Shown piece by piece: positions 1 to 9,019 of a DNA stretch of 64,000 bases. How positions within the stretch are numbered: the first letter of the stretch is position 1; each line of letters starts with the position of its first letter. The DNA comes from Dehalococcoidales bacterium (GTDB taxonomy: Bacteria; Chloroflexota; Dehalococcoidia; Dehalococcoidales; RBG-16-60-22). A program made the translations under genes and the position numbers. The stretch lies in contig JBEKDZ010000001.1 in the NCBI GenBank assembly GCA_050014095.1, positions 206,560-270,559 of the forward strand, written 5' to 3'. The notes beneath the pieces were generated by a model that was given only the letters and a program-made list of their open reading frames with translations, was not told the DNA's origin and made no database searches.

Positions 1-1
1 G

Positions 2-163
2 TTTGATAAATTCCCTAACCAAGAAATTAAATCGGAATTAATAAGAGTTGTTTCAAAAAGTGCACTAGATTGGCAAAGAGCATTAAGAAGAATCAGACAA
101 AGAACGGGGAAACGAATTATCCATATTAGTGGACAAAACGCATATCAGTACATAAAGGAATAA
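2..163 (+). CDS. 3' end of an unknown CDS cut by the window edge (...ALDWQRALRRIRQRTGKRIIHISGQNAYQYIKE*)
   Basis: Frame 2 is open from the window edge to TAA at 161-163. It is AT-rich like the adjacent methyltransferase and ends 10 nt before that gene. No recognisable motif. Confidence 0.3.
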   Translation, partial: FDKFPNQEIKSELIRVVSKSALDWQRALRRIRQRTGKRIIHISGQNAYQYIKE

Positions 164-173
164 TACAAATAGA

Positions 174-1094
174 ATGGAATATCTAGATAAAATAATTTGT
201 GGTGACTGTCTGGAAGTAATGAAAAAAATTCCAGATAACACTGTTCATTTAGCTATAACCTCCCCTCCTTATAATTTAGGTCTTAATTATGACAATCATA
301 ATGATAATTTATCATATGAAAATTATTTGAAGTGGATGAAAGAGATATGGCTTGAAACAAAACGCATTCTGGTTCCCGGTGGGAGGTTCGCTTTAAATAT
401 CGCCCCAACTAGTATTAAAAATTTCAGGCCAATTCATCATGATTTTTCTAATCAATTACGGGAAATTGGAATGATAATGCGAACAGAAATACTTTGGTAT
501 AAACAGACAATAAGGCGAAGAACTGCCTGGGGTAGCTGGAAAGCTCCTTCAAATCCCCATATTATGCCTTCATGGGAATATGTTTTGGTTTTTAATAAAG
601 ATTCTTGGATTCTTGAGAGCGATAGTAAAGAAGCAGATATTACAGCAGAGGAATTTAAAAGATTCTCTGATGGTTTCTGGTATATACCACCTGAAACGCA
701 AAGAAAAGGTCATCCTGCTCCATTCCCTGAAGAACTAATTTATCGTCTAATAAAATATTATACATATAAAAATAACATTGTACTTGACATGTTTGGTGGA
801 ACTGGAACTGTTGCCGTTGTAGCTCAACAAACAGGACGTCATTTTATTCACATAGATATCTCAAAAAAATATTGTGAAATCACAGAGCGAAGACTAGAAA
901 TATCAAAAATGTTGCAAGAGTTACCACTATCTGTGGGGAAGGTGGGAAGAAAATCTAAGATTGTCTATAGAAGCTATTCTAAAAGTGGAAATAATGGGCA
1001 GAAAGAAAAACCCAAACGAGTTAAACAACCTGTATTGATGGAGAAGCGCACAAAATATAGTGTAAACAAAGTTAAGAAAACAAAGAAAAAATGA
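174..1094 (+). CDS. DNA methyltransferase, beta-class; predicted N4-cytosine (or N6-adenine) MTase
   Basis: Catalytic motif IV 'ITSPPYNL' lies near the N-terminus. The AdoMet motif I 'DMFGGTGTVAV' lies near residue 205, which is the beta-class order. 'HPAPFPEEL' is also present. About 60 aa of Lys-rich C-terminal tail. AT-rich DNA. Confidence 0.85.
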   Translation: MEYLDKIICGDCLEVMKKIPDNTVHLAITSPPYNLGLNYDNHNDNLSYENYLKWMKEIWLETKRILVPGGRFALNIAPTSIKNFRPIHHDFSNQLREIGMIMRTEILWYKQTIRRRTAWGSWKAPSNPHIMPSWEYVLVFNKDSWILESDSKEADITAEEFKRFSDGFWYIPPETQRKGHPAPFPEELIYRLIKYYTYKNNIVLDMFGGTGTVAVVAQQTGRHFIHIDISKKYCEITERRLEISKMLQELPLSVGKVGRKSKIVYRSYSKSGNNGQKEKPKRVKQPVLMEKRTKYSVNKVKKTKKK

Positions 1095-1378
1095 CCAACG
1101 CTGAAATCTCCTTTATCTTCGCTGATATCGCCGCCATGCTCAAGCTCAAGAAAGAGAATATCTTTAAAATCCGGGCTTACGAGAAAGTGGTGCGCTCCAT
1201 CGCAGAGCTTAAGGAGCCGGTAGCCAAGCTGGTGGCGGAAGACCGGCTTAAAGAGATACCCGGCGCCGGCGAGGCAATTACCAAAAAGCTTACCGAGATT
1301 GTTACTACCGGCAAACTTACGTTCTATGAAAAGCTCAAGGCGGAGCAAGCGGAGGGGGCGAAATCCGCTCCTGTTTAA
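1091..1378 (+). CDS. Stand-alone helix-hairpin-helix protein resembling the N-terminal 8-kDa domain of family X DNA polymerases
   Basis: 'NIFKIRAYEKVVRSI...LKEIPGAGEAITKKLTEIVTTGKLTFYEKL' matches the PolX N-terminal pattern (N.FK..AY.KA ... iPGiG..i..KI.E...TG.l..yeeL). The ORF stops after 95 aa. Confidence 0.7.
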   Translation: MTNAEISFIFADIAAMLKLKKENIFKIRAYEKVVRSIAELKEPVAKLVAEDRLKEIPGAGEAITKKLTEIVTTGKLTFYEKLKAEQAEGAKSAPV

Positions 1379-1386
1379 GGCTTGAT

Positions 1387-2121
1387 ATGGTTAGTGAGGA
1401 AAGTCGTTTAGTCGCTACGGAGTCCAGCGCGGCCGGTGATGCCGAGGCTCTCCGCTATCTCAAGGAAGCTGTCGCCTCCGGTAAAAACTGGTATCTATCG
1501 CTCCTGGGCGCCATCGGTTTATGGTCCAGCGCGGCAGAGGATTATAACGACCGCTCCTATGTCTACCTTATCGATGGGGAGGCTTTCGACTGGCTTTTGC
1601 TGGCGGAGCGACTCTGCGAGACAGTAGCCGAGCTTTTACCGGAGGGTGAGATGGACGCCCTCCTCTTTCACGGTGTACCCCCGCTCAAGCTGGATGCCGC
1701 GGCAGTCAAGGAGCTTATCGGCGAGCAAAAATACGGTCAGTACTTAAACTATTTCTACGGCGTAACCGTCGAGGAAGCCTTATTGCTCGCTGTACAGGAA
1801 GCCATCGATAAGGAAAGATGGGTGCAGGGACTGCGCCGCAGCCATGCCTCCGATGAAGCCTATCACTATATTTACGATACGGAAAAAGACGAGCTTTTAA
1901 AGAAGTTCCGCCAGGAAAAACGCCATGTTCAGCGCCAGTCCACTACCCTCGACGAGATGAAGGAATTCACCTACTGGCTATTTAAATATCGACTCAAGCG
2001 TTGTGAAAAAGCCCGTATCGCCAGCGATACTAAAAAGGGCCTGGACTACTTGAAACGCCAGTGGCGGCAGAAGGGCGTCTCTCAAGCCCTCGCCGCCGAC
2101 CTTAATGCTAGCCTGCCCTGA
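1387..2121 (+). CDS. Hypothetical protein, 244 aa
   Basis: Long ORF 9 nt downstream of the HhH gene, with backbone-like composition. No motif recognised. Confidence 0.6.
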   Translation: MVSEESRLVATESSAAGDAEALRYLKEAVASGKNWYLSLLGAIGLWSSAAEDYNDRSYVYLIDGEAFDWLLLAERLCETVAELLPEGEMDALLFHGVPPLKLDAAAVKELIGEQKYGQYLNYFYGVTVEEALLLAVQEAIDKERWVQGLRRSHASDEAYHYIYDTEKDELLKKFRQEKRHVQRQSTTLDEMKEFTYWLFKYRLKRCEKARIASDTKKGLDYLKRQWRQKGVSQALAADLNASLP

Positions 2122-2137
2122 GCTTGTCGAAGGGTCA

Positions 2138-2614
2138 TTATTCGTTCTTCGTGCCTTCAGGCGCGCGCACCGTCAGCACTGGGACTTTTGAGCGATGTAG
2201 CACTTTATCCGTAACGCTTCCGAACGCCAGGCGGCGCAGTCCCGACCTGCCATGGGAGGACATCGCGAGTAAATCCGCCTTAGTGTCATCAATTGCTTTG
2301 ATTATTTCATCGGCGGCGTTGCCCGTACTCACCATCGTCCGCACCGTCACGCCCCTCTTCTTTAATGACTCACCGGTCTTAACCAGGTAATTTTCGACAT
2401 TCTGTTTAATGAGCCCAAGCTCTTCTTCTGTATAGGAGACGGGGGCGCTTGCCTCTCCCACTACTACCCAGTGTCGCAGCAGCGTGATTACCCCGATGAG
2501 GATAACCTCTACCTTCATCCCTTTTGCCAGTTTATCGACGAGTTGCTCAATAACCGGTATGGCACCCTCGCCTACTTTCGAGCCATCCAGCGGCACCAGC
2601 ACCTTAGAGAACAT
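2138..2614 (-). CDS. Universal stress protein (UspA family)
   Basis: 'KVLVPLDGS' at the N-terminus and 'DLLAMSSHGRSGLRRLAFGSVTDKVLHRSKVPVLTV' at the C-terminus are typical Usp ATP-binding motifs. Confidence 0.85.
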   Translation of the reverse strand: MFSKVLVPLDGSKVGEGAIPVIEQLVDKLAKGMKVEVILIGVITLLRHWVVVGEASAPVSYTEEELGLIKQNVENYLVKTGESLKKRGVTVRTMVSTGNAADEIIKAIDDTKADLLAMSSHGRSGLRRLAFGSVTDKVLHRSKVPVLTVRAPEGTKNE

Positions 2615-2625
2615 AGCGTCACCTC

Positions 2626-5295
2626 CTAAAGAATAGACTTTTGTTGCTTCAGCTTTTCCAGTTTCTCGTTTAGAGTATAGAGTCTCTGTTTTTCCTTTTC
2701 AATAACCGCAGCCGGTGCTTTGGTCAGGAACGACTTGTCTTTCAGCATGGCCTCCAGACGGCTTGTTTCGGCCTGTGTTTGTTCCCAGTCCTTTTCAATC
2801 CTTTTCTTTTCCGCTTCAAGGTCGACCATACTTGCCATCGGGATAACGACGGTCGCTACTGTCAAAGGTATTACGAGCGTGTTATCGCTGGCGGCATCTT
2901 TTGTTTCGCCTTCAATGAAAGTGACAGGGTTGGCTCGTGCTAATATCCTTACCGCATCGGGGTAATGAGAAATTATCGCGTGTTGTACGGGCGTGGCAAA
3001 TATCTTCGCCTCAATCCAGCGGGTGCTCTCCACTTTATACTGGGCGCGCACGTTACGTATAGCGCGTATTACCTCGGCAATGGCTTCTATTTCCTTTTCC
3101 GCCGCTTCATCGAGCATCTTTTCATCAGCCTGCGGATAAGGAGAAATCATGATGGACTCCACCCCGGTATCCTTTAAATATTTCTTCAGGTGCTGCCATA
3201 GCTCCTCGGTGATGAATGGCATAAAAGGATGGAGCAGTTTTAAGGATGTTTCCAGCACATACATCAGCACCGGTAGGGACGACTTATCGTAAGCCTGCAG
3301 CCTTATCTTGGCTAGCTCGATATACCAGTCGCAGTATTCACCCCAGAGAAAGTCGTGTATCTGCCGCTGCGCCTCGCCGAACTGGAAGTCGTTCAAGAAT
3401 TTATTGACCTCGCTGATGGTGCGGTGGAGGCGGGAGATAATCCAGCGATCCTCCGTCGTTAGTTTATCCCGGCTTATCACGGTATCGATAGCCGAATCAG
3501 TATCCAGACTCCTGATAACGAACCTCGCAGCATTCCAGAGCTTGTTGCCGAAGTTGCGGCTGGCTTCAACTTTTTCCAGAGATAGTCGCGAGTCGTTGCC
3601 GGGTGAGGTGCCGGTCGTTAAGGCGAACCTTAAAGCGTCCGTGCCATATTGTTTCATCACACCCAGCGGGTCGACCACGTTGCCCTTGGTTTTGCTCATT
3701 TTAACGCCTTTGTCATCCCGTATCAGGCCATGCAGATAGACGGTATGGAAGGGGATTTTGCCAGTATTTTCAATGCCCAGCATTATCATGCGCGCTACCC
3801 AGAAAAAGAGGATTTCGTAGCCGGGATTCATGACTGATGTCGGATAAAAATACCGCAGGTCTTCCGTATCGTCCGGCCAGCCCAGCGTAGAATGAGGCCA
3901 AAGACCGGAGCTGAACCAGGTATCCAGCGTGTCCGGGTCCTGCTCGATTTTCTTGGAGCCGCACTTGGCGCAGGCTTCCGGCGTATCCACCGCTACCGTC
4001 AGCCCATTACAGTCCTTACAATACCATATCGGTATGCGGTGTCCCCACCATAGCTGCCGGCTGATGCACCAGTCACGGATATTTTCCATCCAGTTGAGGT
4101 AGACTTTAGTAAAGCGGTCCGGCAGGATGATAATGTTTCCGTTCTTAACGACTTTGATGGCGGGCTTGGCTAAAGGCGCGATTTTTACGAACCATTGCCG
4201 GCTGGCAATAGGCTCGACGACTGTTCCGCAACGGTCGCAGTGTCCCACGGCATGAGTATAATCCTCGGTTTTCACAAGCTGTCCGGATTTTTCCAGGTCG
4301 GCGAGGATAGCTTTACGGCACTCGTACCTGTCCATGCCTTTATAAGGTCCTGCATTTTCGTTCATGGTCACGTCGTTGTTTAAAATATTAATCAGAGGCA
4401 GATTTTGCCTTTGCGCTACTTCAAAGTCCACAGGGTCGTGCGCCGGGGTTACTTTAACGGCACCAGTGCCGAATTCCATGCTTACCGCTTCATCAGCGAC
4501 GATAGGTATCTCGCGGTTGACCGCCGGCAGCAGCGCTTTCTTGCCCATCATCCCCTTGAAACGTTTGTCTTTTGGGTTGACCGCCACGGCGGTATCACCC
4601 AGTATCGTCTCGGGGCGGGTAGTGGCGACGGTAATGTATTTGTCCTTTTCGCCCACGATGGGGTAGCGTACGTACCATAAATGACCTTTGATATCCTGGT
4701 GTTCTACCTCGAGGTCGGATAGCGCCGTGCCACAGCGCGGGCACCAGTTGATGATGCGCAAGCCGCGGTATATCAATCCCTTGTCATACAGGTGTTTGAA
4801 AGTGGTACGCACCGCCCGAGTCGACCCCTCGTCCATGGTAAAGCGCAGGCGCGTCCAATCGCAGGAAACACCAATTTTCATAAGTTGCTGCATAATGGTC
4901 TGGCGGTAATCCGCTACCCATTGATGCATCCGCTCCAGGAATTTTCCCCGTCCCAGTTGATGGCGAGTTAGTCCCTCTTTAGCCAGCTCCCTCTCCACCA
5001 CTACCTGGGCAGCGATGGCGGCATGGTCAACGCCCGGCAGCCATAGCGTCGGTTCGCCTTTCATGCGATGCCAGCGTATCATGATATCTTGTTGGGCAGC
5101 TTCCAGAGCGTGGCCGAGGTGTAGCTCGCCGGTAATATTGGGCGGCGGCATGATGATGACGAAGGGCTTTTTCTTTTTATCTATTTTCGGCGTGAAGTAG
5201 CCCTTCTCCATCCAGAACTTGTACCACTTCTCTTCCGTCTTCCCCGGCTCGTAAGCCTTGGGCATTTCGTCTTGTTTTTCTGGTTTATCTGGCAT
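2626..5295 (-). CDS. valS: Valine--tRNA ligase
   Basis: Class I HIGH-type 'PPPNITGELHLGHA' and 'KMSKTKGN'. Editing domain present. C-terminal coiled coil typical of ValRS. 889 aa. Confidence 0.97.
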   Translation of the reverse strand: MPDKPEKQDEMPKAYEPGKTEEKWYKFWMEKGYFTPKIDKKKKPFVIIMPPPNITGELHLGHALEAAQQDIMIRWHRMKGEPTLWLPGVDHAAIAAQVVVERELAKEGLTRHQLGRGKFLERMHQWVADYRQTIMQQLMKIGVSCDWTRLRFTMDEGSTRAVRTTFKHLYDKGLIYRGLRIINWCPRCGTALSDLEVEHQDIKGHLWYVRYPIVGEKDKYITVATTRPETILGDTAVAVNPKDKRFKGMMGKKALLPAVNREIPIVADEAVSMEFGTGAVKVTPAHDPVDFEVAQRQNLPLINILNNDVTMNENAGPYKGMDRYECRKAILADLEKSGQLVKTEDYTHAVGHCDRCGTVVEPIASRQWFVKIAPLAKPAIKVVKNGNIIILPDRFTKVYLNWMENIRDWCISRQLWWGHRIPIWYCKDCNGLTVAVDTPEACAKCGSKKIEQDPDTLDTWFSSGLWPHSTLGWPDDTEDLRYFYPTSVMNPGYEILFFWVARMIMLGIENTGKIPFHTVYLHGLIRDDKGVKMSKTKGNVVDPLGVMKQYGTDALRFALTTGTSPGNDSRLSLEKVEASRNFGNKLWNAARFVIRSLDTDSAIDTVISRDKLTTEDRWIISRLHRTISEVNKFLNDFQFGEAQRQIHDFLWGEYCDWYIELAKIRLQAYDKSSLPVLMYVLETSLKLLHPFMPFITEELWQHLKKYLKDTGVESIMISPYPQADEKMLDEAAEKEIEAIAEVIRAIRNVRAQYKVESTRWIEAKIFATPVQHAIISHYPDAVRILARANPVTFIEGETKDAASDNTLVIPLTVATVVIPMASMVDLEAEKKRIEKDWEQTQAETSRLEAMLKDKSFLTKAPAAVIEKEKQRLYTLNEKLEKLKQQKSIL

Positions 5296-5329
5296 GATTA
5301 TCTCTTTCTAGTATGATAGGAAACCTCAC

Positions 5330-5382
5330 CACATTCGCTTCGCTCAGTGCAAGCCCCTGTGTCCTATTCAGGGTGAATCCAT
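5330..5382 (+). repeat. Degenerate GTCATTC...GAATCCA-family unit (CACATTC...GTGAATCCAT, long loop)
   Basis: Shares both flanks and a loop of the type seen at 12885 and 41357. Lies between coaBC and valS. Confidence 0.5.
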
Positions 5383-5397
5383 CTCGGGTACTCCTCT

Positions 5398-6585
5398 TTA
5401 CTTAAGCAGCCCCTTCACCCTATCCATTATCCGCTCCGCTACCTCACGTTTGCTCATTAAAGGCAACTCTTCCGTCTTGCCCTTTTTATCTATAATGACG
5501 ACGCGGTTGGTGTCTGCGTCGAAGCCGCTGTCCGCTTTGGTAATGTCGTTAGCTATAATCAGGTCCAGTTTTTTCTCCGTCAGCTTCTTTTTGGCGTTAA
5601 CGATGAGGTTTTCGCTCTCGGCGGCAAAGCCCACCCGGATAAAGTTTCCCTTAACCTCGCTTAAGATATCCGGTGTCTTGACCAGCCGTAAAGTTATGTT
5701 CTGCCGGGCGTCTTTTTTTATTTTGTTTTTCGCTATTGTCTCCGGCTGGAAGTCAGCCGGCGCCGCCGCCATAATTAATGCCTCCGCTTTTTTAACTGCC
5801 TCGCTTACCGCTTTTTTCATTTCCGCTGCCGTTTGGACTTTAACCAACTCAACGTTGGTTGGGGTTTCCAGAGAGACGTTGGCCGAAACTAAAACCACTT
5901 TAGCGCCGCGGTCCCGCGCCGCCTCGGCTAAAGCGTAACCCATTTTACCCGACGAGCGGTTGCCAATGTGCCTCACGGGGTCGATTGGTTCGCGCGTGCC
6001 TCCGGCTGTCACCACAATCCGTTTGCCCTCTAAATCTCGCTTCTGCCCCAGCGCCCGCTCGATGGCGTCGATTATTTTAGCTGTTTCCGGCAAACGCCCC
6101 TTACCCATTTTCCCCGATGCCAGCCGACCGTACTCCGGTTCAATAAAGTTAAAACCGCGCGCCTTGAGCTTGGCGATGTTTTCCTGCGTTACCGCGTTAG
6201 CGTACATCAAATCGTTCATGGCAGGCGCGATAACCACCGGCGCTTTGGTCGCCAGCACCACGGTGCCCAGCATGTCATCGGCGATGCCCGCCGCCAGTCT
6301 GGCAATAGTATTCGCCGTCGCTGGAGCGACGACCACCGCAGCGGCGTCTTCCGCCAGCGCCACGTGCTCCACGCTCCATTCAGAAGCCAGCTCGAACATG
6401 TCAGTCACCACCGGCCTGTGGGTAATGTTGCGCAACGTCAAAGGCGTGATAAACTTGGTCGCCGCCTCCGTCATGACCACCTCCACTTTTGCCCCCGCCT
6501 GCGTCAGCTTGCTGGCAAGGTCGGCGGCTTTATAAGCGGCGATGCCCCCCGTAATCCCCAGTACTATCGTTTTACCTTTTAACAT
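5398..6585 (-). CDS. coaBC: Bifunctional phosphopantothenoylcysteine decarboxylase / phosphopantothenate--cysteine ligase
   Basis: N-terminal flavoprotein 'IVLGITGGIAAYKA'. C-terminal CoaB 'VTAGGTREPIDPVRHIGNRSSGKMG'. Confidence 0.95.
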   Translation of the reverse strand: MLKGKTIVLGITGGIAAYKAADLASKLTQAGAKVEVVMTEAATKFITPLTLRNITHRPVVTDMFELASEWSVEHVALAEDAAAVVVAPATANTIARLAAGIADDMLGTVVLATKAPVVIAPAMNDLMYANAVTQENIAKLKARGFNFIEPEYGRLASGKMGKGRLPETAKIIDAIERALGQKRDLEGKRIVVTAGGTREPIDPVRHIGNRSSGKMGYALAEAARDRGAKVVLVSANVSLETPTNVELVKVQTAAEMKKAVSEAVKKAEALIMAAAPADFQPETIAKNKIKKDARQNITLRLVKTPDILSEVKGNFIRVGFAAESENLIVNAKKKLTEKKLDLIIANDITKADSGFDADTNRVVIIDKKGKTEELPLMSKREVAERIMDRVKGLLK

Positions 6586-6601
6586 TTCAACATCCTCTCC
6601 C

Positions 6602-7369
6602 CTACTCCCTGTTCATATCATGTATCACTTTAATCCCGATGAGTGTAAGATCAGGATTCACTTTATCGATGGCTTTCGTTTCTTTAGCGATAATATCAGC
6701 ATAGCCGCCGGTCGCTACTACCATCGCCTTTTCCCCCAACTCCTTCTGTATCCGGCTCACGATACCCTCGATTAGCCCCGCCCACCCGAAAATCAGCCCC
6801 GACTGCATAGAGGTTTGTGTATTATCGCCGATAGCTTTTTTCGGTTTCGCCAGTTCCACTCTTGGGAGGGCTGCCGTACGTGTATATAGCGCCTCGGCGG
6901 AAATTCCCAGCCCTGGTGCGATTACTCCACCTAAGTAATCCCCACCTTTAGAAACAATAGCGAAGGCGGTTGCCGTTCCCAACGCCACCACGATTATCGG
7001 CGGTTTATAAAGATGAAGCGCTGCCGCCGCGTTAGCAATCAGGTCGGCTCCTACCTCCCGGGGATTAGGATAACGTATGCGTACCCCCGTTTTTACTCCG
7101 GGACCTACCACCAGCGGCTTGATGTTGAAATATCTCTCGAACAGTTCATTGAACGTTGTCACCAGCGGCGGGACGACGCAGCTCATAGCGCCTTCTTTAA
7201 TATCCTTAAAATCTATGCCCTGGTGCTTGAGCAGGTTGAGCAGCATGACGGCATATTCGTCCGCCATTCGCTGCACGCCTGTTGAGATGCGCCAGGTCGC
7301 CCGCAGTTTATCCCCGTCGAACATGCCTATTTTAATATTCGTATTAGCGATATCGAAAGCCAGCAGCAT
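6602..7369 (-). CDS. coaX: Type III pantothenate kinase
   Basis: 'LLAFDIANTNIKIGMF' and 'VVALGTA', 'VVATGGYA' ASKHA-fold motifs. Adjacent to coaBC. Confidence 0.92.
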   Translation of the reverse strand: MLLAFDIANTNIKIGMFDGDKLRATWRISTGVQRMADEYAVMLLNLLKHQGIDFKDIKEGAMSCVVPPLVTTFNELFERYFNIKPLVVGPGVKTGVRIRYPNPREVGADLIANAAAALHLYKPPIIVVALGTATAFAIVSKGGDYLGGVIAPGLGISAEALYTRTAALPRVELAKPKKAIGDNTQTSMQSGLIFGWAGLIEGIVSRIQKELGEKAMVVATGGYADIIAKETKAIDKVNPDLTLIGIKVIHDMNRE

Positions 7370-7382
7370 ATTTCCCTCCTCG

Positions 7383-8933
7383 TCAACTCCCGTTCTTCAG
7401 TTGTTTTATTACGAGCGGCAGCGCCGGCAGCAGGTCGGAGGCAATCATGCCGGTGTCGCCTATCTCATCCCTAATTTTATCACCGGCAGCCCCGTGCAGG
7501 TAGACCCCCAGCGATGCCGCGTCGAAAGATTCCAGCCCCTGCGCTTTTAGTCCGGCGATGGTTCCCGCCAGCACATCGCCCGTACCCGCCGAAGCCAGCC
7601 CAGGATTGGCGAAAGGACTGACCCGGCATTTGCCGTTAGCCAAGGCAATCACGGTAAAAGCCCCCTTCAGCACGACGGTTTTTTGCCACTTCGCGGCGAA
7701 TGTAAGAGCGATGCCTACGCGGTCCGACTGCACCTCATCGATGGTTAGTCCCGTAAGCCTCGCCATTTCGCCGGGGTGGGGGGTTATTATCGTACCATCT
7801 GGTATCTGCCGCCACCATTCCGGCAGTCTGGTAAGTATGTTCAGTCCATCGGCGTCGATGACCAGCGGCGGCAGGTCTTTCTTTAATAGCAGACGGCTTA
7901 AGAACTCCACCGTCGCCGGATTTTGACCCAGTCCACAGCCGATTAGCAAGGCATTGTATTGTTGACACTGTTTGTGGATTATTTCCGCGCCTTCTACCGA
8001 GATAATACCTGGTTTGGACTCCGGCAAGGGCAGATAAGTTACCTCGGCGAACCTGGAAGCGATAATCGATTGCAGGCTGGCAGCGGTGGCCAGCTTGACC
8101 AGCCCCGCCCCCACCCGCATCGCCCCGCTGCAGGCAAGGAAGGCGGCGCCGATATAGTTAATCGACCCCGCGTTTATCAGTACCCGCCCGAAAGTGCCTT
8201 TATTTGAATTTAGCGGGCGTAAAGGGAGAGTTTTAGCCGCCCACTCTGCGGTGAGCAACTCGATGTTAATGTCATCCGCCAGCGTTTCGGGGATGCCGAT
8301 ATCGACTATCTTTATTTTGCCCGCCCTCTCCGCCGCAGGAAATTTATAGAGTCCCATCTTGGGGAAAGCCAGCGTCACCGTCAGGTCTGCATAAGGGCAA
8401 GCGGGGTCGATAGCGCCTGTGTCCGAGTCCATGCCCGACGGTAAATCTACGGCGATAACGCTGAACTTGCGCGTTTGCTTTACAGAGTTTACTTTCTCCA
8501 ACACCTGCTTGAATAAGCCCTCCAGCGGCCGCATCTTGCCGGTACCCAGCAAGGCGTCTATTACACAGGTAGCGGTACTTAATAAGTTATCGAGCTTTTT
8601 CAGGTTTTTATCCTCTTTAGCTTCTATGCATGTTATGCCGCTTTCCCATACCAACTTTAAATATTCGTCATCGACAGACCTATCGGCGCAAAGATAAACG
8701 CCGACTTTAATACCCAATCCGTTAAGATAGAGTGATGCCACCAAACAATCCCCGCCATTATTCCCCCCGCCAATCAGGCAAAGGACATGCTGTTTCTTTA
8801 GCGTCCCCAGGTAGTCCCGCGTTGCTTCCGCCACAGCTTTGCCCGCGTTCTCCATCAGCACGTTCACCGGTTTGCCTAGTTGCGTGCACTCCCGGTCTAT
8901 CTTCCTCATTTGTTCGGCAGTAACGATTTTCAT
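7383..8933 (-). CDS. nnr: Bifunctional NAD(P)H-hydrate repair enzyme (epimerase + ADP-dependent dehydratase, YjeF family)
   Basis: N-terminal YjeF_N 'CLIGGGNNGGD'. C-terminal carbohydrate-kinase part 'KGTFGRVLINAGS...GLASAGTGDVLAG'. Confidence 0.9.
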   Translation of the reverse strand: MKIVTAEQMRKIDRECTQLGKPVNVLMENAGKAVAEATRDYLGTLKKQHVLCLIGGGNNGGDCLVASLYLNGLGIKVGVYLCADRSVDDEYLKLVWESGITCIEAKEDKNLKKLDNLLSTATCVIDALLGTGKMRPLEGLFKQVLEKVNSVKQTRKFSVIAVDLPSGMDSDTGAIDPACPYADLTVTLAFPKMGLYKFPAAERAGKIKIVDIGIPETLADDINIELLTAEWAAKTLPLRPLNSNKGTFGRVLINAGSINYIGAAFLACSGAMRVGAGLVKLATAASLQSIIASRFAEVTYLPLPESKPGIISVEGAEIIHKQCQQYNALLIGCGLGQNPATVEFLSRLLLKKDLPPLVIDADGLNILTRLPEWWRQIPDGTIITPHPGEMARLTGLTIDEVQSDRVGIALTFAAKWQKTVVLKGAFTVIALANGKCRVSPFANPGLASAGTGDVLAGTIAGLKAQGLESFDAASLGVYLHGAAGDKIRDEIGDTGMIASDLLPALPLVIKQLKNGS

Positions 8934-9019
8934 GTTCGTTTATAGCTCTCCGATGCATTGAGTGTAGCAATATTCGTGACTACGGTCAAGAGAGCACACT
9001 ATGAAACACATATAAAAAC

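Noticed and set aside
1091-2121. Frameshifted polX pseudogene
   Set aside because: None of the three frames downstream of the 95-aa ORF shows PolX palm or PHP motifs. The next ORF is a full-length, unrelated 244-aa protein with its own start.
5296-5397. T-box or other riboswitch leaders upstream of valS, glyA (25274-25358) and cysK
   Set aside because: No specifier/T-box sequence, and no ZTP, THF or glycine riboswitch cores, were recognisable by eye. The valS upstream region is mostly a degenerate hairpin-repeat unit. An Rfam/Infernal scan would be needed to be certain.
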